Under the pieces are notes generated by a model. The model saw only the letters and a program-made list of their open reading frames with translations. It had not been told where the DNA came from and made no database searches. A DNA stretch of 64,000 nucleotides from Octopus sinensis (taxonomy: Eukaryota). The translations under genes and the position numbers were made by a program. Shown here in pieces: positions 12,586 to 25,495 of the stretch (positions within the stretch are counted from its first letter, which is position 1; each line of letters starts with the position of its first letter). The stretch spans positions 85,560,001 through 85,624,000 of the forward strand of contig NC_042997.1 in the NCBI RefSeq assembly GCF_006345805.1, given 5' to 3'.

Positions 12586-13318
12586 GAATATATATATGCA
12601 TGTGTGCATGTATGAGTGGATATGTCTGCGTATATATGCATACACATACACATATATATACTTATATATACTACTACTATGACTACTACTACAAACTGGT
12701 GCAGATATAAAAGGAAGTTTCTAGAGTCAACGCGCTTGAATATTTTCCCCAATATGCTGTTCATTCTTTAATATTGGAGTTTTTACAAGGAAAAGCTTTA
12801 TACGGCGGCAGTGGTGGTAGTGGTGGTGTACTACTCCTTAAATTGCTGCAAGAATTAGCATAGTTTTTAGTTGTGTTGGCAGTATAAGAGCTGCTGGAGA
12901 CTGAATTTTAGTGGCAGCAGTAGTTACAGAACTTGGATTATGTTGAACCTTTAGAATTATCACTGCAGCGATCATATGGACCAAACAATGGCTCTGCAAG
13001 AGAAGGAGGGGCTGATGATGTTGGTCCATTGATATCATTATCACAATTAGCAGATGTACTCAGGTAATGATATCTAGGAGCTGTTTGATTAATTGACATT
13101 AATTGAACATTTCATCTTCACATTTGATTCATAAATCTGATAATAAGCAGCCACTGGAAATTTCCTTTAATTGTTCCTGTAAGGAACCAGTTGTCTAACA
13201 TTGTAAAAAATGGAGAGATTTACTGATACTATTAATTGTCTGCTGAGTAATTTCTCAACTACAAGTTACTTACATGCACCAAATGCACTATGATGGTTAA
13301 AAAGAATATTGTTAGGTA

Positions 13319-13538
13319 TATTTGGGGATGATTATATTTTGCCAATTAAACACATGCACTATATGTTTGGTCTTCACTTCAGTTTTATTATTATTATTCT
13401 GTTTGCTCTTTTGTCAAAGCTCTTTTGTCACACATCCTGTGACCTCTTCTGCCACTCTTTATCTCACATGTCTCCTCTTGTTCAGGAGACACATAGAGTG
13501 CATGTGTTTAATTGGCAAAATATGACCATCCCCAAATA
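13319..13538. repeat. MITE-like or fold-back element with 48-bp inverted arms
   Basis: 13319-13366 matches the reverse complement of 13491-13538 with 3 mismatches. Both outer ends are TA. Confidence 0.75.
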
Positions 13539-13677
13539 ACACACAATTTCACATCAGGAATCCTGCAAACAAATACATAAAGGTTAAAAAGAACCATTAA
13601 AGAATATTCATCAAACATTCCAATTGATGGATGGTAACCTTTTTATACAGACATGTACAGACACAGTTCTTTCTTAT

Positions 13678-13890
13678 TTCTTTTTTTATTTCTTTACTGC
13701 CCACAAGGGACTACACACAGAGGGGACAAACAAGGACAGACAAGGTTACTGGTACTTATTTAATCGACCCCAAAAGGATGAAAGGCAAAGTTGACCTTGG
13801 CAGAATTTGAACTCAGAATGTAGTGATAGAATTTGAACTCAGAACCACTATGCATTTCACCCAGCATGCTAACGTTTCTGCCAGCTCGCA
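13678..13890 (-). mobile_element. Meta-domain SINE family B (partial) with CCCTTGTGGGCAGTAAAG tail
   Basis: Reverse complement contains GAGTTCAAATTC (B-box) and GCCTTTCATCCTTTTGGGGTCGATTAAATAAGTACC. Confidence 0.8.
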
Positions 13891-14994
13891 GTTCTTTCTG
13901 CTGCACTAGTAGATTTAGGATTGTAGGTAGGACTTCAAATCTTTTTGTAGCCAATACAATATAACAATCCCTATTTAAAATTAATTCTGGTCTGTTGTAT
14001 GAGATCACTATCTTTAAATGGCAGCGGAATTAATGTAATTAATCCCCATCTAATAAGTGAATAGAGTTAATTTCTCCCAACCAGTGTGCTACTGTATCAA
14101 CAGGTGTAATTAATCTCTGACAGTAATCATGTAATCCTAGTAGTACAAAACATTAACCCCCATCCTTTTGCTCTGCTTTGCAGCATACAGGCCTCTCACA
14201 GCCAATACAGGTCAATGACATGCCTTCAAACTTTGACAGCTCAGCCAACATGGCCATGAGCACAGCCACAAGCAAGAGCATGGCCACAAGCACAGCCACA
14301 ACTACAATGCCCAGCAAGAAACACATAACACACGGACACACACACACACTCATGCTGGTTTCAGCAACCTATGTACCAGCCAGGTCTAGTGACATGCTCA
14401 CAGTGGACAGCTTGCAGTTCACTACCAGCTGCCATATGATTACAGGTAAGTTCACTACTGTCAATTTTACCATGAAGGAAGTTCACCACGAGGAAAGTTT
14501 ACTGAGAAAATATATCCATGGTATCACACTATTAATAGTCAAAAGCTATTTTATTGAAAAACAAAATGGTGAATTCATGACAATGAACTTACCACACATG
14601 GAACCAGATAGTTGTAGTGAAACTATGAGAAGGCATCAGCATGTGGCAGAGAGTGATACAGCTGACCTTTGTGTACTCTCACATTCATAGTTATCTGAGG
14701 CACCTTGGTTACTGTGAGCAATGGTTACTGTGAGCATAGTTGTTCTTCCACCACCAATCTGTGCTCATTCAGATGGGGGTAGATATGAACATGATCAGAA
14801 GCATGGGGATGTCCAGGAGCAGGAGTAAGACAAGAAACATGAACACAAGCACATCCATGTAGATGAAGAGGACAGTGAGCACAACTAGGAGCCTGCCAGT
14901 TTTTTCATCATACATTGCAACTTGAAGAACATGATTCATCCTACACACAGGATATAGGATTTCTACACAAGGCAAATTAGCAAGACTTACTATT

Positions 14995-15398
14995 CTTTTA
15001 TTGTTTTACTTGTTTCAGTCATTTGACTGCAGCAAAGCCAGAACACCACCTTGAAGGGCTTTTAGATGAAGAAATCGACCCCAGGACTTATTTTTTGTAA
15101 GCCAAGTACTTATTTTTTCAGCTTCTTTCACCAAACCACTAACTTACAGGGAAATAAACACACCAACATCAGTTATCAAGCAATAATGGTGGGACAAACA
15201 TAGACACAAATACACACACACATAAATATATACATATATGATGGGCTTCTTTTAGTTTCCATCAACTAAATCCACTCACAAGGCTTTGGTCAGCCTGAAG
15301 CTATAGTAGAAGACACTTGCCCAAGATGCCACACAGTGGAACTGAATCTGAAACCGTGTGGTTGAGAAGCAAACTTCTTGCCACACAGCCACACCTGC
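14995..15398 (-). mobile_element. SINE family A
   Basis: Reverse-complement match to family A along its whole length. Confidence 0.85.
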
Positions 15399-15658
15399 TA
15401 TATCAAGAATATAAATTAACTACTTTCCAGTTTGCCTCCAGTTACATGTATATACTAGTGGAGCTTCACATCATATGTTTATGCAAAATCATATACATAC
15501 TGATGTATACATGCAAATTTGCTAGTATACACACTGATTCAGCATATGCAGATATACATGTATGCACTCATGTAAACATACAGACTCAGTTGTATGTAGC
15601 ATGCACATGCATACCATTGTATATACAAGAGATGATAAAATAAAAAAACATTGGGACT

Positions 15659-15691
15659 GTTGCTATGGCAACAGGGCCAAACTATATAAAG
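15659..15691 (+). promoter_or_regulatory. Candidate promoter: RFX X-box (GTTGCTATGGCAAC) plus TATA box (TATATAAAG)
   Basis: The 14-mer at 15659-15672 fits the RFX palindromic consensus. TATATAAAG lies at 15683-15691 in non-repeat sequence. Confidence 0.4.
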
Positions 15692-15939
15692 TGGAGCTGC
15701 TTAGCACAGATTGATCTTGAACTCTGTTGTGCATGCACATTAAAGTTATAATGTTCTCGCTCACTTCTGTTGTTTATAGCAGTGTTTGGAAGTGTGTAGA
15801 GGGTGGTCATTTCCCCAAAACCACAGAGATTCCATTAGTGACTATGGAAGAGAGAATATGTGTGTATGTGTTTGTATGTGTGTGTGTCTGTGAGTGGGTG
15901 CATGGAAAGAGACAAGGCTTGAAAGTTATTATGGCCAAG

Positions 15940-16172
15940 AATCTTTCCAAAAATCAAATCTCACTTGAAAAGAATATGATTTCAAGAAATCAATGAAATC
16001 CAAGGGAATTCAACAAGGCAGCTACTTGCTATCCCCTAGAAAGATAGTTCCAGGAATGCTTCCACCAATGGAAATGACAGGGGATTACTTCGAAGGAGAT
16101 TAAATGCAAAATTGATATGTGTTGTAGCTTTATTTTTATAAGCACCAGTCTTAATACTTTTTGATAACACCT
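15940..16172 (+). mobile_element. Mariner 3' fragment (irritans-like)
   Basis: Fragments FPKIKSHLK, FQECFHQWK and DYFEGD*, followed by TIR-like TTTTGATAACACCTC. Confidence 0.65.
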
Positions 16173-16213
<41 letters not shown>

Positions 16214-17543
16214 TTGATCAACACAACCCTTGTATTGAAATACTGTGTTCACTGATGTTCAAGAAAATTACACTATCTTTTAATTAACATGGTTTTATGC
16301 TGAAATAGTAGCTCTTTTATATCAAAAACATTTTGATGTCACTCAGATTTGTCACAGTTCCTAGTGGCAAGTAGCAAATATATTCCTATTTTGTGTTTTC
16401 TATGGAATAAAACAATCTTCACATGTGCAACATTTTTACACAACTCTTCATGTCTTCTAACATTTTTGCATTTCATCCTATTTTATTTAAGCCAATCAAC
16501 AACTAGCAATTTATCAGCCATTTTGACTATATAAGGGAAAATTTGAAAGAATTTTTCCTCTTCACTCATTGACTCTGTATGTCATGCAGTTGACCTTTCT
16601 TATCTCTCCTCTGACATCCAGGAAGTAACAACACAAGAAAGAATAAGCTTTATTTCTTTTTTTTTTTTCAGCCATTATAAATCACAAGGCACAAAAGCAG
16701 AATGAAAAATCCTTTGTCAATTTCTGTTTTTATCAGTTTAAAAAATATCTTCTTTTTTCTCTTATTTCTGTGCCATTATTTACACACACAGTTATGACCT
16801 TCAAATAGAACACTAACTCAAAAACATCCATTATCATTATTTCCACAATACTGAATTACACATTTGACTGTAACAAACAAGAGCATATGGATGAACTCTT
16901 TATATGATTCATTAAGTACAATTAACTTTTTATTAATGTTGTATAAAGAAACTTGTTTTTCCGTGCATGAATTTACTATTCAAGCACAACTTATGTTTTT
17001 ACTGTTGTTCACTTTTATCATATATTCACAATCTTTGTTTAAAGATGTCTTATTTTACTGCTTTGAATTCTAGAGTCACTTAGACTCCACAAAGTCTATT
17101 ATCATAAAGGTAGAAAATAAAGAAACACTGTTAAAGCTAACTTTATTCTTGTTTTTCTCTGGTATTCTTTTGTTTTCTACCCATTAAAAAAAAAAAGAAG
17201 TTTCACTGTATATGAAGAAACAATAAACAGTGAGTTAAGACCACTGAATGAAATGGTTCAAACACAACAACTGAATAGAAGATAAAAGAAAACAAAAGAC
17301 GAGATTAAAGACAGATTGAAAATATACTAAAATAGTAATGGAGTAAAAGCTTCTCCTTTCTCAATACCTGGCAAGACTGGAGAGAAGAGAAGCAAATCAA
17401 CATCAAAGGTAACAATGATTCAAAAGCTCTGAGCTAAATAGATTAAAATATCACTATTAAATGAGCAGCTAACATCATTCACAGGCTGTATAACCAGTAT
17501 AGCATAACTTAGCTGTTCAGCAAAAGATGCTATGGGTGATTTG

Positions 17544-17682
17544 TTTAAATCTTTAGCATTTAAGCTGGCCATATCTGACCAAAATATTCTACTTGTCTTA
17601 TGTTCAAAGTGGCCAGATCCAGCCTCTCACATTTACCCAACAAGATTAGTCATAAAATAAACAATCACATAATTGAAATCTC

Positions 17683-17715
<33 letters not shown>

Positions 17716-17986
17716 TGTTTAACGTCCGTTTTCCATGCTAGCATGGGTTGGACGGTTTGACCAGGGTCTGGGAAGCCAGGAGGCTGCACCAGGCTCCAGT
17801 CTGATTTGGCAGTGTTTCTACAGCTGGATGCCCTTCCTAACGCCAACCACTCCATGAGTGTAGTGGGTGCTTTTTACGTGCCACCGGCACAGGTTCCAAT
17901 GTTATAAGATAATATAAGATTAATTCAAAACAATGTCAATAAAAAGTGTTACATTTGACAGAATTATCAGAATGTTAAAAGGTTAA
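17544..17986. mobile_element. TTAA-type MITE (same family as 26875-27102) interrupted by an RTE 3'-tail copy at 17685-17897 (minus strand)
   Basis: Flanks match the 26875 element. The insert begins with (CAT)n and TTTAACGTCCGTTTTCCATGCTAGCATGGG. Confidence 0.75.
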
Positions 17987-18746
17987 CTAAAACCCTTCAA
18001 AGTGGTGTCTTCAGCATGGCTGCAGTCCAATGACTAAAATAAGTAAAAGATAAAATGATACAGAAACAACCAATCAGATCGTTTCTGGCCGACCACAGTC
18101 CTTCCACACACACGTAATAAACATGACTTGATGGGTGCCTAAATATACTAAGACATACATACAAACATACAAATAGCCAGACTAGCAGGCAAGCAGGCAG
18201 GCAGGCAGAGCAACATCAGTATTCCTAGGTGGCTATTCACAATAGGCACACAAACTGTATTTTTGAGAGGGTGAGGCTAGTCAATTACACTGACCCCACC
18301 ACCACCCCAGTAGTTGATAAGTATGCTACTTTATTAACCCCAGAAGAATAAAAGCTAAAGCTGACTAAGCAGTATTTGAACCCAAAGCATAAAGAGTCAA
18401 AGAAATATAGCAAGGGCTTATCTCAAACACACTAATGATTCTGCTGGTGCCTCTCACCTTAATATTTCTAAAATATGTATGAAGCCTTAAATTTGGTGGA
18501 ATGGGACTAAATGATGCCATAGGCTCCATTACTTGAATGGTATATTAATTTATTGATTTTGAAGGTATGAAAGGCAATGCTGACCTCAGCAAGATTTGAA
18601 CTCAAAATATGAACCAGACCTAGTCATCTCTGTGCATGATGAAGTCTCTGGGACCACTAACTAGAGATGACCCCAGCCCCATCAAGAAAGAGCATGAAGC
18701 AAGCAAGAAGTATTTTCTGATATGCCAGTGATTCTATCAATCGATA

Positions 18747-18810
<64 letters not shown>

Positions 18811-18812
18811 TA

Positions 18813-20432
18813 ACCTCCATTGTTTTTTGTTCTCTGCATGATATCCCTGGCCTTGGTACTAAGAAAAATTAACCAGGGGTACCAACTAAAGGAAAAATCC
18901 CAAATAATCAACCACCTCTTCTTCGTAGATGATTTGAAACTGTATGGCAAAGATGAGACACAAGTGAGTTCCTTGGTGAATATGGTCTACTGTTTTAGTA
19001 CTGATATTAGAATGGAATTTGGATTCAAGAAGTGCAGAATAATCTACCTAAAAAAGGTAAGGTACAGTCCCTAGAAGGGATAGAATTACCAAATAGAGAC
19101 TTGCTTAAACAAATTGAAATGCAAGGCTACAAATACCTTGGTGCACTAGAGTTCAACCAGATAACGGAGAAGGAAATGAAAGAGCAACTGAGGATGGAAT
19201 ATTTCTGAAGTCTGAGGTAGGTGTTACACTCAAAATTGACTGGATGGAATAAAATCCAAGCAGTTGATACGTGAGCAATAGTATCACTTTGGTATGGAAC
19301 GGGAATCATAAAATGGCAGTGAAGAAAATGGATACCAAGACCAGAAAAATGTTGACAGTACATGGAGTCTTCCACCCTAAGAGTGACACTAATAGGCTGT
19401 ACTTGTCCAGAAGAAAGGATAGGAGAGGCTTTATCAGTTGTCAGGACTGTATCAAAACAAAGGAACACAGCTCAGGGTGGTATATGAAAAATGCCATGGA
19501 GCCACTGTTGAAAAATACAAAGAAGGCCAGTGTCGTCAAAAATGAAAATTGTATAATGAAAGAAAAATTTTAATAAGAAATGAACAAGAAAAAAGAAAAA
19601 GCATGGAAGGAAAAAGAAATGTATGGTCAGTTTGCAAGAGATGTGAACTCCAAGACAGATACAGAGGACCGGTGGCTATGGATGAGGAGGAGTGACCTGA
19701 AGACAGATACAGAAGCACTTATATGCACAGCCCAAGAACAATCATTAAGGACCAACTATGTGAAGTGCAGAATAGACAACACTACCAACAATGTGTGGTG
19801 AGAGGGGTGAAACGGTATGGCACATCATTAGCAAATGCCCCAAATTAGCACAACGTGAATACAAAAGATGCTATGACAATGTGGCAAGAACGACCTATTT
19901 GGAGCTCTGTGGTAATCACAGCCTACAAAGAGCAAAGATGTCGTATGAGCAAACCCCAGAAGGAGTGATTGAAAATGAGGATTGCAAAATCTTGTGGAAT
20001 GCAATGATCCAGTGCAATCACCCCAATCAGACATTGGAAACTGGACATTATTGTGGTGGATAAAAAAGAAAGAACATGAATGATAATTGACATAACATGC
20101 CCTGGTGACAACAGAATCAACGGGAAAGAAGAAAGAAAAAACAACTACGATGATTTGAAGTAAGAAATACGAAAATTGTGGTCAATGAAGAGAGATGTGA
20201 TACCAATAGTAATTGGTGCACTTGGAAGTATTGACACTCAACACCCAACGTGGCTAAAAATGAAGTGTGAAGGTAGAACACCTACAAAAATCAGCATTGC
20301 TTGGAACTGCAAGAATTCTTCACAGGGTTCTTGAAGTGTGACCAGTAGACAAGTGTCACTTCAGTCTGCTGGTTGTGGACAGCTGACACTTTCCATCATA
20401 CCCAGCAAAATAAGCTGCGAGTTTTCATTGCA
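18813..20432 (+). mobile_element. 5'-truncated R4/Dong-clade non-LTR retrotransposon (RT, CCHC knuckle, REL endonuclease), pseudogenised
   Basis: HLFFVDDLKLYG (RT), AQEQSLRTNY, CGERGETVWHIISKC (zinc knuckle) and a PD-like/IDITCP endonuclease region. (TAA)n lies on both sides. Confidence 0.88.
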
Positions 20433-20456
20433 TAATAATAATAATAATAATAATAG

Positions 20457-20665
20457 TTTCAAATTTTGGCACAAAACCAACAATTTTGGGAAAGGGGCAA
20501 GTTAATTACATTGATCCCAGTATTTAACTGGTACTTATTCATTGACCCCAAAATGATGAAAGGCAAAGTTGACCCCAGCATAATATTAACTCAGAACATA
20601 AAGGTAGACAAAATGCCACTAACCATTTTGCTTGGCATGCTAACGATTCTGCCAGCTCACCACCT
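20457..20665 (-). mobile_element. Meta-domain SINE family B inside a (TAA)n tract
   Basis: Reverse complement begins AAGGTGGTGAGCTGGCAGAATCGTTAG and contains the Meta-like core. TAA repeats flank both ends. Confidence 0.8.
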
Positions 20666-20704
20666 TAATAATATTAATATATATATAATAATGATAATAA
20701 TAAT

Positions 20705-22596
20705 AGCCATGAACATGGTAGCACCAATGATAATAGAATATATAAAACATGCTATGAATAAGTGGCAAACAGTTCTGTAGCTTCAAACAAAAGAGGGTAT
20801 CACAAAAACTAAAGCCATCCTCATTAGAAGAGATTTCTCTTCTAAGGAGACTTACTTTCTCCACTCTTTTTCTGTCTGGCACTGACACCTTTAACCAACA
20901 CACTAAACAAAACTGGATGTGGATACAACTGTTATGGTAAAACAATCAACCATCTCTTGTATGTAGATGATCTAAAACTGTATGCTGCAAATGATAAAGA
21001 GCTGGAAACATTACTACAGACTGTGTATAGATTTAACAAAGAATGAATATAAAATTCAGCATAGTGAAATGTACTATAGCAACCTTGAAAAGAGGAAAAC
21101 TAGTTAAGAGAAACAATATCACACTAGATAAAGAAAATGAAATAAAAGTAAACCCAGACATACAATACTAAGGAATCAATGACCAAACCCAGACAAAGAA
21201 ATACTTAGGAATCAAGAACTAGATAAGGCACAAATGAAAGGGGAGATAAGGAAGGAATACTATGGATTAATACTTAAATGAGAGTTCAATGTGAAAAACA
21301 AGATTATCAGTATCAATACTCTAACTGTTCCAGTTATAAGTTTCAGTTACAATTTTCTTAATTGGATACTAAATGAACTAACCAAACTAGAGAGGAAAAC
21401 AACAAAAAAAAATAATAATAATGACAGAATTTAGAATACATCACCCAAAATCTGATATGGAAAAGTTGTATATACAATGAATTGAATGTGATAGAGGCTT
21501 TATACAATTAGAGAACTTCTATAAAATATCCACCATAGGATTACAGAAATATTTTTGAACCAAGAAAAACTGGTACAGATAGCCACAAAGCATGAGCAAA
21601 ACAAAAAAGCTGTTTTCTGTCTTCAAGGAAAAATACTGAAAGGAGTCATAATACTTGACAACTATGAAGAAAAAAGAACAAGCAACAAAAGCTATAAAGC
21701 AACTAAAATATAAGCTCAAACTGAAACTACAAAATACCATGATAAAACGATAGCAAGAAAAGAGTTTACATAGCAAATACTGAGTAAGTAAAACAGAAAA
21801 GAAATAGACAAATAAAAATCCCAACAGTAGTTGAGAAGCTCAGGGCTCAAAGCAGAGAGTGAAGGTTTTTATTTGCTGCACAAGATCAAAGCCTCTCCAA
21901 AAACATATAATGAAGAAAAATATAGTAAGTAACTGCAGAATATGTGGTGATGGGGAAGAAACAATAAATCATATTGTCTCTGGCTGCCCACCAGTCCTGG
22001 CTAAGAAGGAATATATTCAAAAACACGACAGAGTTGGGACCTATATACATCGGAAGTGATACCAACACTATGGAATGACAACAGAAAAATGATGGTATAG
22101 GCACACCCCAGAAAAGGTATCAGAAAATGACAAAGCAACCATACTCTGGAATATACCAATACACACAGATAGAGAGATCAAGGCTAATCAAACTGGATGT
22201 AGTTGTCAGAGACCATCAAGAAAAAAAGTTGTCTTCTAATCGAAGTATCAATCTCAAAAGATTGCAATGTATCTCTAAAAGAAACAGAGAAACTCTCAAA
22301 ATGCAAAGATCTAGAAATGGAGATAACCTGAATGTGGAACCTAAAAACAGAAATAATCCCTCTATGTGTTACGTATGATTAAAAAACATACAGACAAATA
22401 CATAGCCAAAACACCAGGACTTACAAAAATATATAATATACAGAAAATAGCATAACTAGTCATCATACACATCCTAAGTGTGAAAATAACAACACCAGTG
22501 AAAATATCAACTACAATATCGACCACAGCACATACCCAAACACAGGGCTGTGCTCAGTAGTGTAGCAAAATCACATGGTAAAAACAAGACTACTGA
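20705..22596 (+). mobile_element. Second R4/Dong-clade LINE relic (different subfamily)
   Basis: GDLLSPLFFCLAL, NHLLYVDDLKLYA and CRICGDGEETINHIVSGC. Ends in (TAA)n. Confidence 0.85.
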
Positions 22597-22682
22597 ATAA
22601 TAACAATAATAATGATGATAATAATAATAATAATAATAATAAACAATACACATATACAAATGCATACACACTAATATATGCT

Positions 22683-22874
22683 CTTTTACTCTTTTACTCT
22701 TTACTTGTTTCAGTCATTTGACTTCGTGACCCCAGGACTTATTCTTTGTAACCCTAGTACTTATTCTATAGGTCTCTTTTGCTGAACCGCTAAGTTACAG
22801 GGACGTAAACACACCAGCATGGTCATCAAGCAATGTTGGGGGACAAACACAGACACACAAACATATACACACAT

Positions 22875-22913
<39 letters not shown>

Positions 22914-23090
22914 ATGCATATATACAACAGGTTCTTTCAGTTTCCATCTACCAAATCCACTCACAAGGCTTTGGTTGGCCCAAGGCTATAGTAGAAGACA
23001 CTTGCCCAATGTGCCACCACGCTGTGAGACTGAACCTGAAACCATGTGGTTGGTAAGCAAGCTACTTGCCACACAGCCACTCCTGCGCCT
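22683..23090 (-). mobile_element. SINE family A
   Basis: Reverse-complement match to family A. Confidence 0.85.
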
Positions 23091-23285
23091 ATGCTGTGCA
23101 TACATAAATGTTATTGCTGTTTATACATTTCTTCTTCAATTGATAAAATAAATGAAACTGACTCTGGAAAGATTTGGATCCAAAAACCTATGTTTTATAC
23201 AAAACTAAATGTAGAGAGGGGAGGGGAAAATCTAGTGCTCTACAATTTTTGCCAACATCCTGGATCATAAATCTATTGAGTGAAA

Positions 23286-23286
<1 letters not shown>

Positions 23287-23332
<46 letters not shown>

Positions 23333-23463
23333 AAGAGAAATGAACATATATATATAGAGATAGATAGATAGATATATAGATAGATAGAGGGAGAGAGAGA
23401 GAAATGAATATAGATAGATAGATAGATAGATAGATAGATTGATAGATAGATAGATAGATAAAA

Positions 23464-23549
<86 letters not shown>

Positions 23550-23793
23550 AGAGAAAATAGGGAGAAAGGGAAAGAGGAGGAGCATAGTAAAGTTATGGAA
23601 GGGAAAAAAATACTTAGAGAGAGAGCTATTTTGATTTTAAAGCAAAGAAAATGCTGAATGAAAGAAATTCAGAGATGAAAATTCTATAGTATTTATCTTT
23701 TGGTAAGAAGCTAAAATATGGCAAAAAGAACAAAAAGAAAAAAAGGAAATAATAATAATGATAATAATAATAATAATGATAATAATAATAATA

Positions 23794-23829
<36 letters not shown>

Positions 23830-24327
23830 TAATAATAATAAAACCAAATTGATTCAAGATTGTAATGTTCTGTTTCCAGCAAATGGATTCACTTTTTCCA
23901 ATTATGAAAACCAAATGCTTTCCAATTGATTTCCGTATGGGGTGAAGTATTTTGAGAGAGTGGTTGGAAAGTAGTACCTTTAAATCTATCTGGCATGATG
24001 ATAGTGGTAGTTGTAACAGAAGTAGTTGTTGTTGTTGTTGGTGGTGGTGTTGATGTTGGTGGTGGTGGTGGTGGTGGTGGTAGTGGTGGTGGTGGTGGTG
24101 GTGGTGGTGATGGTAGTGGTGTTGGTGGTGGTAGTGGTGGTGGTGGTTTTGGTGGCAGTGGTAGTGGTGTGGTGGTGGTGGTGGTAGTAGTGTGGTGGTG
24201 GTTTTGGTGATGGTTAGGGCATTGTTGTTGTTGTTGGTGGTGGTGGTGGTGATGAATTACATGTGTTATTTTGTTGTTGTGCTGGTGGTTGTTATTGTTG
24301 TGGATGATGATGATGATGATGCTGTTG

Positions 24328-24359
<32 letters not shown>

Positions 24360-24520
24360 GGTGGTGGAAAGTGTTGAAGTAGATATGAGTTTAATGGTTA
24401 GTTTTGTTGTTGGGCGATCATGATGGTGGTGGTGGTGACTATAATAATAATGATGATGGTGGTGGTGGTGGTGGTGGTGGCGGCAGCAGTGATGATGGTA
24501 GTGTTTTAGGTGATGATGAT
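23287..24520. repeat. Microsatellite cluster: (GATA)n/(GA)n 23287-23548, (TAA)n 23748-23840, (GGT/GTT/GAT)n 24000-24520
   Basis: Directly visible. Confidence 0.95.
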
Positions 24521-24792
24521 TGCGGTCAGGGTATGTGAGTGGGTTGTGATGGTTGAAGTGAGGGAGTGGAGAGAGGGAGGTAGTAATGCTATAATTCCCA
24601 GTGATGTCAGACAGGTGATGGTATAGGTACCAGGAGGAGTAAAAAAGTTGAAGAGTATTGATATAATGATATCAAGCAATAATTTTAGTGATGATGATGA
24701 TGCTTGTTATGATGCTGGTGCTGGTGCTGGTGAAAGTTGTATTTGTTACCATGGTAGCAAATACACTTCTGACAAGAATTTTTTTTTATTTT

Positions 24793-24960
24793 AGGCACAG
24801 ACATGGCTGTGTGGTAAGAAGCTTGCTTCCCAACCACATAGTTTCAGGTTCAGTCCCACTGAGTGGCATCTTGGGCAGGTGTTTTCTTCTATAGCCTCAG
24901 ACCAATCAAAGCCTTCTGAGTGGATTTGGTAGATGGAAACTGAAAGAAGCCTGTTGTATA

Positions 24961-25001
<41 letters not shown>

Positions 25002-25255
25002 ATGCATATGTGTGTGTGTATCTATGTACATGTGTCTTTCTATATGTGTTTGTCCCACCACCACTGCTTCACAACCGGTGCTGGTGTGTTTGCATTCCTG
25101 TAACTTAGCAGTCCAGCAAAAGAGACCAATAAAATAAATACCAAGCTTAAAAAATAAGTACCAGGGTCAATTCATTCAAGTAAAAATTCAAGGCAAAGCC
25201 CCAGCATGGCCACAGTCTAAATGACTGAAACAAGTAAAAGATAAAAGATAAAAGA
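24793..25255 (+). mobile_element. SINE family A, full length
   Basis: Head, CORE-like block, (TG)n and GTAAAAGATAAAAGATAAAAG tail are all present. Confidence 0.88.
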
Positions 25256-25277
25256 TGGTACCAGGTAATTTGTTCTA

Positions 25278-25457
25278 GTTCCACATTCCTCAAAACCATG
25301 GAACTCCCAAACCAGAGTTTCACTACTGGATACAGTTATGGTTTTAAACTGTATCCAGTAGTGAAACTCTGGTTTGGGAGTTCCATGGTTTTGAGGAATG
25401 TGGAACCAATAGTCACTACTGATCTGGAATCAGTAGTGACTTCACTACTGATTCCAG
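25278..25457. repeat. Perfect inverted repeat (60-bp arms, 9-nt loop) followed by two overlapping small palindromes
   Basis: 25278-25337 is the exact reverse complement of 25347-25406. Hairpins with 13-bp and 16-bp arms lie at 25411-25457. Confidence 0.95.
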
Positions 25458-25495
25458 GTCATTAAATACTGGCCATTACATTTTTAATCAACCAA

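Noticed and set aside
12760-13110. Coding-looking minus-strand stretch (PRYHYLSTS...TPPLPPLPPY)
   Set aside because: It has two in-frame stops and no in-frame acceptor, so it cannot be supported without RNA data.
14178-14690. 170-aa ORF
   Set aside because: It is low-complexity, crosses a CA tract and a small inverted motif array (AAGTTCAC.../...TGAACTT, 14440-14625) resembling a MITE remnant, and has no recognisable domain.
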